In this document: piece after piece, positions 28,337 to 35,683 of the stretch
How the letters are laid out: each line of letters begins with the position of its first letter
Position numbering within the stretch: position 1 is the stretch's first letter
NCBI GenBank assembly: GCA_947462065.1
Contig: CANHNO010000001.1
Span: 1 to 47,562 of the forward strand
Origin: Burkholderiales bacterium
Lineage (GTDB): Bacteria > Pseudomonadota > Gammaproteobacteria > Burkholderiales > Burkholderiaceae_C
Reading direction: 5' to 3'
DNA length: 47,562 nt
Position numbers and translations under genes: made by a program
Notes under the pieces: model-generated
Told to the model about the DNA's origin: nothing
Seen by the model: only the letters and a program-made list of their open reading frames with translations
The model's database searches: none

Positions 28337-29854
28337 TCACGGGTGCGCGGCAGGGCCTTCAATGGCGCCATGCAGTGCGGCGACCAGCTCCGCCGGCTGA
28401 CACGGTTTGTCCAGCACGATGAAGTCTTCCCCGGCCAGGGTTTTTGCCGCGTAACCGCTGATCAGTACCACGGGCAGATCGGGGCAGGCGTCTCGCAGCA
28501 CGCGCGCCAGGCCCAGACCGTCCATGCCACCGGGCATCTTGATGTCCGACAGCACCACATCGAAAGCGGGTTCGTCGGCGATCAGGCGCAACGCGCCTTG
28601 CGGATCGACGACGCGACTCACCTCGCAGCCTAGCCGACTGAGCAGGGCCTCGGTCACTTCGGCAAGGTCGTCGTTGTCTTCCACCAGCAGCAATCGCGCG
28701 CCTTCGATCGAGGGTGCGGGGCTGTCGGGTTCCGCTGCGCCCAGGGGCGCCATGGCGTCCTCGCAGGCGGGTAGCAGCAGGGACACGGTGGTGCCCAACC
28801 CCTCGGTGCTGGTCAGCCGCGCGGTGCCGCCCGCCTGCACGCAGAAGCCCATCACCTGGGCCAGACTCAGTCCGGTGCCCTGGCCTGCTTCCTTGGTGGT
28901 GAAGAAGGGCTCGAAAACACGCCCGGCCACCTCGTCGTCGATGCCAAGGCCATCGTCGCTGACGGTGATCAGCACATAGTCGCCGTCCGGCAGGTCGGGC
29001 ACCTCATCGTCGTGCGCGCGTCTTGCCTGCAGGCGCAGGTGCCCGCCCAGGGGCATGGCATCGCGCGCATTCAGGCTCAGGTTGGTCAGCGCGAGCTCGA
29101 GTTCATGGGCGTCCACCCGGACCAGGGGTGTGCCCGGCGCCACCGCCACCGTGACCTCGGTGCGCGCGCCCGTCACCGTTTGCAGCAGATCCCGCAGCTC
29201 ATGCAGTGCGCCCGCCAGATCAATCGGCCTGGCGCATCCCGGCTGCTGCGCTGCGAAGCGCAGCAGCTGCTTTGTCAGACGGCTGCCGACGGCCACGGCC
29301 CGCAAGGTGGCGGCCAACGGTGCCTGCAGTTCGGCAGCGGCGGACTGGCGCTGCATCAGGTGGGCGCTGTTGCTGATCACGCCCAGCAGGTTGTTGAAAT
29401 CGTGCGCGACGCCGCCGGTCAGGCGTCCCAGCGCCTCGATGTGCTGGCTGCGCGAAATGCGCTGCTCGGCCTCGCGCGTTCGTGTCAAAGCTGCGGCGAC
29501 CTCGAGCTCGAGCTTGCTGCGGGAACTGCGCAATCCGTCGGCGGCCTGGGTCAGTGCCGCAGCGACTTCGTTGCATTCCGCGATTCCGGTGGCCTGTGTT
29601 GCCACCAACTCGCCGGCCTGCATGCGGTCTGCGGCCTGCTTCAGAGAGTGCAGCGGTGCGGTGATACGGCCTGCCATCCAGAAGGCAGCCCACATCGCCA
29701 GGCCCAGCAACAGCAGCGAACCTGCCGCAAGCTTCTGCACCGATTGCGGGTCGGCGGCGTCGTTGTCGATGACGAACCAAAGGACCGCCACCACGCCCGG
29801 CACCCAGACCGACATGACGAGCAGCAACAGGCGGGAGCGGATGGAAAGGGTCAT
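28337..29854 (-). CDS. hybrid sensor histidine kinase / response regulator
   Basis: Two TM segments with a short loop, HAMP-like linker, H-box GGVAHDFNNLL, HATPase (DDGLGI, GQGTGLSLAQV) and a C-terminal REC domain (LLLVEDNDD...SDIKMPGGMDG). Confidence 0.9.
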   Translation of the reverse strand: MTLSIRSRLLLLVMSVWVPGVVAVLWFVIDNDAADPQSVQKLAAGSLLLLGLAMWAAFWMAGRITAPLHSLKQAADRMQAGELVATQATGIAECNEVAAALTQAADGLRSSRSKLELEVAAALTRTREAEQRISRSQHIEALGRLTGGVAHDFNNLLGVISNSAHLMQRQSAAAELQAPLAATLRAVAVGSRLTKQLLRFAAQQPGCARPIDLAGALHELRDLLQTVTGARTEVTVAVAPGTPLVRVDAHELELALTNLSLNARDAMPLGGHLRLQARRAHDDEVPDLPDGDYVLITVSDDGLGIDDEVAGRVFEPFFTTKEAGQGTGLSLAQVMGFCVQAGGTARLTSTEGLGTTVSLLLPACEDAMAPLGAAEPDSPAPSIEGARLLLVEDNDDLAEVTEALLSRLGCEVSRVVDPQGALRLIADEPAFDVVLSDIKMPGGMDGLGLARVLRDACPDLPVVLISGYAAKTLAGEDFIVLDKPCQPAELVAALHGAIEGPAAHP

Positions 29855-29957
29855 CGAAGCGTTGCCGAATGTGAATCAACGTGCCACGCGAGCATGTCCC
29901 AGCGAGCGGGCCGGTTCTTGCAGGCATCGCAAGGCGTGCCTCAAGCCGTGCCACACG

Positions 29958-29972
29958 GCAATTGTCGTTCCC
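29958..29972 (-). promoter_or_regulatory. sigma-54-like -24/-12 element (weak -24)
   Basis: Minus-strand reading GGGAACG-acaa-TTGC. It lies 104 nt upstream of ATG 29854. Confidence 0.3.
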
Positions 29973-30015
29973 GGCCTGCACGCCAGCGCCGCGCGTGCAG
30001 GTATTTCTCGTGCGC

Positions 30016-30945
30016 TCAGCGTGCGGCGAGGTGTCCTTCGGCGTCGGAGAACAGCACTTCGACGCGACGGTTGCGCTGCCGACCCGCCGCGCTACCGTTG
30101 TCGGCCACCGGATTGGCCTCGCCCCAGGCGCGCACCTCGATGCGTTCGGCTGCGATGCCGCCGTTCATCAGCTCACGCTGGAAGGTTTGAGCCCGGCGCT
30201 GCGACAGCCTCATGTTCATCTCTTCTCTGCCCACGCTGTCGGTGAAGCCTTCGATCAGCACCCTGCGTTCGGGGTGACGGATCAGCACCTGCACCAGTTG
30301 TGCCACGCTGCGCTGAGCACCCGGTTGCAGGGTGGACTTGCCGGTGTCGAACAGCACGTCACCCAGCGTCACCACCATGCCACGGTCGGTCTTCTGGGCC
30401 TTCAGGTCGGCCAGATCGCGCTCGAGCCCTTCGGCACGGCCGGATTGCTTGAGCGCCAGCAGTCTTGCGGCGTCGGCTTGCTCCCTCGATATCTGCGAGT
30501 CGGTTTGTGCGTTGCGCGCATCGGCCTGCGCATCACGCGCATCGGCTTCTGCTGCGTGGGCGCTGGCGGTCGCCATATCCGCCTCGCTGGTGCGAGCCTG
30601 CAGCCGGACCTTTTCGCGCTCGGCAGTGAATTGCTGCACACGTTCGTCGGACTGCGCCTGCGTACCGATTGCCAACGCGATGTCGGCGCGCTTGCGCGCC
30701 AGGTAGGCGAGGTGTCGCGTCTGCTCCACATCGTGATCTGCGGCCCAGGCGGCTTCGGCGCGGGTCATCGCCTGCTGGGCGCTCTGCAACTCGACGGCGC
30801 CGCTGCGCCCGACGTAGGGGTTGCTGTTCGCCTGGTCCAGCGAACTGCGCGCGGCGACCAGGTCGGGATTCGGGCCGGGGGTGGTCTGGCAGGCGGCAAG
30901 TGCCAGCAGCGTGGCGGTGGCAATCAGGGTGCGGGTGGTGTTCAT
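30016..30945 (-). CDS. DUF4398 - OmpA-family lipoprotein
   Basis: Lipobox LLALAAC. N-terminal DUF4398-like helical domain. C-terminal OmpA_C (FDTGKSTL...GFTDSVG...NRRVEV). Start at ATG 30945 (MNTTRT). Confidence 0.85.
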   Translation of the reverse strand: MNTTRTLIATATLLALAACQTTPGPNPDLVAARSSLDQANSNPYVGRSGAVELQSAQQAMTRAEAAWAADHDVEQTRHLAYLARKRADIALAIGTQAQSDERVQQFTAEREKVRLQARTSEADMATASAHAAEADARDAQADARNAQTDSQISREQADAARLLALKQSGRAEGLERDLADLKAQKTDRGMVVTLGDVLFDTGKSTLQPGAQRSVAQLVQVLIRHPERRVLIEGFTDSVGREEMNMRLSQRRAQTFQRELMNGGIAAERIEVRAWGEANPVADNGSAAGRQRNRRVEVLFSDAEGHLAAR

Positions 30946-30972
30946 GGTGTGTTCCGTCAGTTCATGCAAAGG

Positions 30973-31362
30973 TCAGGGCATCGGGCGGGGGGCTTGCTTC
31001 GCCGCCGCGCGGTTGAGTTCGTCGCGCAGCGTCTGCAGGCCGGTTTCCAACTCGGCGACCGCCAGTCGCGAGCGTTCCGAGCCGGCCTTGGCTCGGGCGA
31101 GCTGGGCATCGACATCCGCCTGCTCGGCCATGCGCATCGCAGCCCGGTCGTCGCCAGCAGCGGCCAGCGCACGAGCCTTCTCCAGCTTGTTGCGCGCTTC
31201 GTTCAGATCGACGGCATCGAGCTCCGGCGCACCGGCCGAGCGGGCGGCTTCCACCGAAGCGGCGCCCGCGGCAATGGACGGCGCCGCCGAGGGCGCGCTG
31301 CCGCAACTGGCCAAGGCGATGGCGCAGGTGGCCAGCACGGTGGTGAGGATCAGTGTCTTCAT
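30973..31362 (-). CDS. DUF4398-like lipoprotein
   Basis: 129 aa with lipobox ALASCGS. The helical body resembles the N-terminal domain of the next gene. GGAG RBS. Confidence 0.7.
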   Translation of the reverse strand: MKTLILTTVLATCAIALASCGSAPSAAPSIAAGAASVEAARSAGAPELDAVDLNEARNKLEKARALAAAGDDRAAMRMAEQADVDAQLARAKAGSERSRLAVAELETGLQTLRDELNRAAAKQAPRPMP

Positions 31363-31406
31363 GCGATGTCTCCAGGGAGTGTTCAAAGGGTTGTTTCTTC
31401 GCTGGG

Positions 31407-31421
31407 GCAATCGACGCGCCC
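31407..31421 (-). promoter_or_regulatory. sigma-54-type promoter candidate
   Basis: Minus-strand reading GGGCGCG-tcga-TTGC. It lies 45 nt upstream of ATG 31362. Confidence 0.45.
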
Positions 31422-31653
31422 GGGTCAACATCGGGCCGTGCAGGAGCGGCATTTGCCGTCCATCGGCATTCGCATGTCCGGTGGTGTCCTCTCCAGGGCG
31501 GCGCAGTTGCAGGCGCATGCGCAGATCGAGATGGAACCGTTCTACCCGGCGCTGGACCTGGACACGCTCGGCGCCGGCATGGCCGTGCGCCGCGGTGAAT
31601 TGCCGGGCGAGCAGGGCTCGGACTGAGCAGCCCCGGGCCTTGGCCGCCGCGAC

Positions 31654-33312
31654 TCAGGCGGGTTGCTGCGGGCTGGCCTCGACCGTCACGGGCGCGAGAG
31701 GCAGCGTGACGACGAATTCGCTGCCCATGCCCTTGCCGGCGCTGTGTGCCGTGACGGTGCCGCCATGCGCTTTCACCAGTTCTTCCACCACCGTCAGGCC
31801 CAGCCCCAGCCCGTTGGTGTTGAACTTGTGGGCAGCCTCGTCCTGCATGAACGGCTCGAAGATGTGCGGGAGGGCTCGCTCATGGATGCCAATGCCGTTG
31901 TCGCGCACCGTCAGCACCACCGCGTCGACGCTGCGGCTCATCGACAACACGATCTCGCCCGAAATCGGCGTGTACTTCGATGCGTTGTCCAGCAGGTTGC
32001 GCAGCACCTGCGCCAGCCGTACCGGGTCGCAGTTCAACGCCAACTCGCCCGGCTGCAGATGCACCAGGAAGTGTTGCAGCCGGGTGTCGATCGCCGGACG
32101 GCTGGCCTCGACCACGTCGTTGATGAGTGTGATCAGATTCACCTCACTGAGCTCCAGCCGCAGCTTGCTGCCTTGCGCACGCGACACATCGAGCAGGTCA
32201 CTGACCAGCCGTGACATCTGTGCCGCCTGTCGCTCGATCACTGCATTTATCCGTGGCAGTGGAGGTGGAATGTCTTCGCTGGCGATCAGCGCGGATGCGT
32301 TGCGGATCGCCGTCAATGGCGAACGCAACTCGTGAACCGCTTGTGCCATTCGCAGGTTGTGCCGCTTCAGTGCTTTCTCGGCAGCGTCCTGCAGCCGTTT
32401 TGCATCGAGTGCGCCGAGCAGCAACTTCTCGTTGGCCTCCTGGAGCAATTGGTGCCGCTCCACATGCGCGTTGATGGCCTCCTGGGAACTGGTCACGGGC
32501 AGGCGCAGCGACTCGGGAAAGGCGACTTGCAATGCGTGGCCGGAAACAGGATCGGAAGCCTTGGACACCGCATAGCCCAAGCCCCGCCGCTTTGCCTCGT
32601 ACATGGCGGCGTCTGCCGCGTCGATCAGCGTGGTCACATCTTCACCATCGTCGGGGTACACGCTGATGCCGATGCTGGCGCTCAAGCGCAGCACATGTCC
32701 GGCGAGTTGCGTCGGCACAGCGAGCGCGGCATTGATCTTGTCGGCAATGGCGCCGGCATCGCTGGCGTGCGCCACATCGTCGAGCAGGATCAGGAATTCA
32801 TCGCCCCCAAAGCGACTGACGGTGTCCGAGGCGCGAACGACCGAAACCATGCAACGGGCGGCCAGTTGCAAAACCTGATCGCCGAAGTGGTGTCCCAGCG
32901 CGTCGTTGACCTGCTTGAAGCCATTCAGGTCGACAAACAGCACTGCCATGCGGCGATTGCGACGTCGCCCCCCGGCGATGGCCTGGGTGAAACGGTCGAG
33001 GAACAGCATCCGGTTGGGCAGCTGTGTCAGTGCGTCGAGCGCGGCCACACGAGACATTTCCAACATCGAACGCATCGCCTCGTCGGATTCGACCTTCGAC
33101 TGCATCAGCGCCAGCACCAGCTGCTCGTTGGCTTCCAGCAGATCGGAGGCCTTGCCGGAGTCGGCCACAGGGCTTCGCGCCTCAGACCTGTCATCCCGCA
33201 GGGACTGCAGTGCCCTGCGCGCCCTGTCTACCTCGGTGCGCAATTCGAGCAACTCAAGCCTGGCGCGGACCAACTCTGCGTTGTCGGCGTCGCTGTGACC
33301 CGGATCGTTCAT
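31654..33312 (-). CDS. GGDEF diguanylate cyclase fused to a HisKA-HATPase histidine kinase
   Basis: N-terminal coiled coil. An apparently intact GGDEF domain (RASD I-site-like RxxD five residues before RFGGDEF). H-box HELRSPLTAI. N box LLDNASKYT, G boxes DNGIGI and GLGLGL. Confidence 0.88.
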   Translation of the reverse strand: MNDPGHSDADNAELVRARLELLELRTEVDRARRALQSLRDDRSEARSPVADSGKASDLLEANEQLVLALMQSKVESDEAMRSMLEMSRVAALDALTQLPNRMLFLDRFTQAIAGGRRRNRRMAVLFVDLNGFKQVNDALGHHFGDQVLQLAARCMVSVVRASDTVSRFGGDEFLILLDDVAHASDAGAIADKINAALAVPTQLAGHVLRLSASIGISVYPDDGEDVTTLIDAADAAMYEAKRRGLGYAVSKASDPVSGHALQVAFPESLRLPVTSSQEAINAHVERHQLLQEANEKLLLGALDAKRLQDAAEKALKRHNLRMAQAVHELRSPLTAIRNASALIASEDIPPPLPRINAVIERQAAQMSRLVSDLLDVSRAQGSKLRLELSEVNLITLINDVVEASRPAIDTRLQHFLVHLQPGELALNCDPVRLAQVLRNLLDNASKYTPISGEIVLSMSRSVDAVVLTVRDNGIGIHERALPHIFEPFMQDEAAHKFNTNGLGLGLTVVEELVKAHGGTVTAHSAGKGMGSEFVVTLPLAPVTVEASPQQPA

Positions 33313-33335
33313 GGATTCACTCCGGTCGCTCTGCT

Positions 33336-34871
33336 TCAGAGAAGCCCGCGTTCGGGATCGGAGCGAGTCATCGCAGCCACGGTCTTTTGGGTCGGTCGAC
33401 CGCCCAGTAGCCCTTCCTGGTCAACGAGCCTGCTGCCAATGTGAATGCCGTCGCCTTCGATGTGGAACTCGCGCAGTTCGTCGGAATGCGCGCTGGCACG
33501 CACCTTCACCACGGCCATCACGCGACGCAGGCGACTGTCGACCTCGATGTAGCGCTGCACGATGATCGCGTCGGTCATGAACGCGGTGCCATAGGGGCTG
33601 AAGCGCAGGTCGGTGTAGCGGTCCTCGAGCTCGGAGGTCATCAGCATCGTCACGCCGGCCCCGGTCATCGCCTTCACCAGTCGCGACATCGACTCGCGGA
33701 AGTCGTCTCGGAAGGTCGGGGCGACCGACAGCTCGAAGCTGGAGAGCGAATCAATGACGACGCGCGTGGCCTTCAGTCGGCGGATCTCGTCGAGCAGCAG
33801 CATCACGATCTCGTCGATCGACAGATCGGGCGCGCGGCTGTCCACCACGCCGACCTGGCCGCTGGCGATCAGTTCGGTGACCAGCCGGTTGCGCGAGCGG
33901 TTCGGGTGCTGCTCGAACACCGCGATGACGCCGGTCTCGCCGAGGCGCGCGCCTTCGGCGAGGAACGCGGCTGCGAGGATGCTCTTGCCCGAACCGGATG
34001 GTCCGGCGACCAGCAGCGAATAACCCCGTGGCAGTCCGCCGCCCATCATCTCGTCGAGGTGCGGCACCCCCATCGGGACGCGCGAACTCGATGTCGACGC
34101 GGGTGCGGCTGACGGGGCCGCGAGCGCGATCGAGCCGGCAGTGTCCTCGCCCTGTGGTTGCGAGATGGCAGGCGCGAAAACGCGCACGCCGCTCGGGTCG
34201 ATGCGAAAGGTATGCAGCCCGGGCAGCGTGGGCTGGCCGCGCATCTTCATGATCTCCATCTTGCGCACCACCGAATTGCGCATCACGCTCTGACGCATCC
34301 AGATCAGGCCGTCGGCCACAGTGAACACCGGGTTTGCGTCCGTCTCGTCGAAGCACTCTCCGATCAGGAAGGTGGTGGCCTGCCAGCTGGTCATCAGCAT
34401 GCCGAGCTGCTGCACGAACGATTGGAGATTCGTACGTGGATCGGGCGCGGTCTGCTGGGCAGCGTTGGCCAGCACCACCGAGCGGAACGAGTCGACGAAC
34501 ACCAGCGACGGGCCGTGGGTGGTCACTTCTTCGACGATGCGGCGCAGCACACGGTCGAGATCGCCGGCCATGGCCTCCTCGGACAGGTTGATGAAGCGGA
34601 TCGCGCGCGTCACCGCCTCGGTGTCGAAGAAATCGAACTGCTGCTGGTAGCGAAGCATCTTCAGCGGCGGCTCGCCCAGCACGGTGAAGTACAGCGCAGG
34701 TCGTTCGGGCGTTGCCAGCGCAAACATGATCTGGTGAGCGAGCGTGGTCTTGCCGCAGCCGGGCTGCCCGGCTATCAGGTTGAACGAGAACTCCGGCAGC
34801 CCACCGCCGAGCACCTCGTCCAGCCCCGGCACGCCGGTGCGCAGGCGGTTGATGGTCACTTTGGTGTTCAT
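33336..34871 (-). CDS. KaiC-like double RecA-domain ATPase
   Basis: 511 aa. TGVPGLDEVLGGGLP with Walker A GQPGCGKTT in domain 1. GVPHLDEMMGGGLP with GPSGSGKS in domain 2. Start at ATG 34871. Confidence 0.85.
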   Translation of the reverse strand: MNTKVTINRLRTGVPGLDEVLGGGLPEFSFNLIAGQPGCGKTTLAHQIMFALATPERPALYFTVLGEPPLKMLRYQQQFDFFDTEAVTRAIRFINLSEEAMAGDLDRVLRRIVEEVTTHGPSLVFVDSFRSVVLANAAQQTAPDPRTNLQSFVQQLGMLMTSWQATTFLIGECFDETDANPVFTVADGLIWMRQSVMRNSVVRKMEIMKMRGQPTLPGLHTFRIDPSGVRVFAPAISQPQGEDTAGSIALAAPSAAPASTSSSRVPMGVPHLDEMMGGGLPRGYSLLVAGPSGSGKSILAAAFLAEGARLGETGVIAVFEQHPNRSRNRLVTELIASGQVGVVDSRAPDLSIDEIVMLLLDEIRRLKATRVVIDSLSSFELSVAPTFRDDFRESMSRLVKAMTGAGVTMLMTSELEDRYTDLRFSPYGTAFMTDAIIVQRYIEVDSRLRRVMAVVKVRASAHSDELREFHIEGDGIHIGSRLVDQEGLLGGRPTQKTVAAMTRSDPERGLL

Positions 34872-35311
34872 GGCTTGGGATCCTTGGCAGCGGAGTCGCT
34901 CGACGTGGCGACCCACACAGGGCGTATCAGTCGCTCGGTCAACGAGGGCCCGACCACGCTGGACAACAGATCGTGGAAGGTGGTGAAAAGCGTGGTGGCA
35001 CCAGCCATGGCAGCAACGGCGCTCTGCTGGCAAAGCAGTGGGGTCAATTCGGAGAAGTCGGCGACGGCTGGTGCGACGTCATCAGCCACGCTCAGCCACT
35101 GGTGGTCTTGCGCGGTGATGTGGACGCTGCGCTGGTAGAGCGCAGCCAAACCGCGTTTGCCGATGATCGGCACCAACACCGCATCAATTCCGCCCCAGGT
35201 GACGAGGACGGCGTCTGCAATCTGTGCGCTATCGGCGCTCGGCGGGACCCTGCTCGCGAAATGGGTTGCTACCGAAACGCCCAACGGGTTTTCCGTGGAC
35301 ATCGTCAGCAA
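34868..35311 (-). CDS. hypothetical protein, first gene of the KaiC-like operon
   Basis: 147 aa (or 144 aa from ATG 35302) with GC3-biased codons. ATGA overlap with the KaiC-like start. No family recognised. Confidence 0.55.
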   Translation of the reverse strand: MLTMSTENPLGVSVATHFASRVPPSADSAQIADAVLVTWGGIDAVLVPIIGKRGLAALYQRSVHITAQDHQWLSVADDVAPAVADFSELTPLLCQQSAVAAMAGATTLFTTFHDLLSSVVGPSLTERLIRPVWVATSSDSAAKDPKP

Positions 35312-35389
35312 TCTTTCTGTGCGTGGACTTTGATACTAAGCGTCGTGCCCGCGATCGGGAACAAAAAATGTGTCACGGTTTGATTCACA

Positions 35390-35404
35390 GCAAACGGCGT
35401 GCCG
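35390..35404 (-). promoter_or_regulatory. sigma-54-type promoter
   Basis: Minus-strand reading CGGCACG-ccgt-TTGC(T), a near-consensus match to TGGCACG-N4-TTGCW. It lies about 80 nt upstream of start 35311. Confidence 0.6.
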
Positions 35405-35485
35405 CGGCGGCGCATGAACCCGACTTGCTTTTTTTGGGAAGGGCGTTTGGCACGCGCAAATCGGCAAGATTTACCGCAAGGCTCT

Positions 35486-35508
35486 CCGCATCGGTAAACG
35501 CGATGCGG
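35486..35508. promoter_or_regulatory. palindrome midway between divergent sigma-54 promoters (candidate activator site)
   Basis: CCGCATCG-gtaaacg-CGATGCGG. It lies about 95-115 bp from both -12 elements. Confidence 0.3.
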
Positions 35509-35605
35509 CCGCGGCGCTTGCTCACTGCGGTGCGCTCCCGCATCACAGTCCAAACGCCGGGCGTGCGGGCTGTTTGGGCGACGAGGGCTGCGCCTGGCCT
35601 CGGCA

Positions 35606-35620
35606 CGGCACGGGGGTTGC
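35606..35620 (+). promoter_or_regulatory. sigma-54-type promoter upstream of the rpoN paralog
   Basis: CGGCACG-gggg-TTGC(G), 64 nt upstream of TTG 35684. Confidence 0.55.
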
Positions 35621-35683
35621 GATCAGAAACACCAAAGACGAGCCAAACGGCTGGTCTCTCAACACTCCTTCAGGAGCCTCCCG

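Noticed and set aside
29872-29886. Minus-strand TGGCACGttgaTTCA just upstream of the hybrid kinase start
   Set aside because: The -12 element is TTCA, lacking the invariant GC. The element ends only about 17 nt before the ATG, leaving no room for a 5' UTR or RBS.
29881-31626. 581-aa plus-strand ORF
   Set aside because: It is antisense to the OmpA-family and DUF4398 lipoprotein genes, which have clear lipoboxes, RBSs and domain motifs.
35448-35462. TGGCACGcgcaaatc upstream of rpoN
   Set aside because: The -24 hexamer is perfect, but the -12 position reads AATC, with no GC. The properly spaced site at 35606-35620 is the better candidate.
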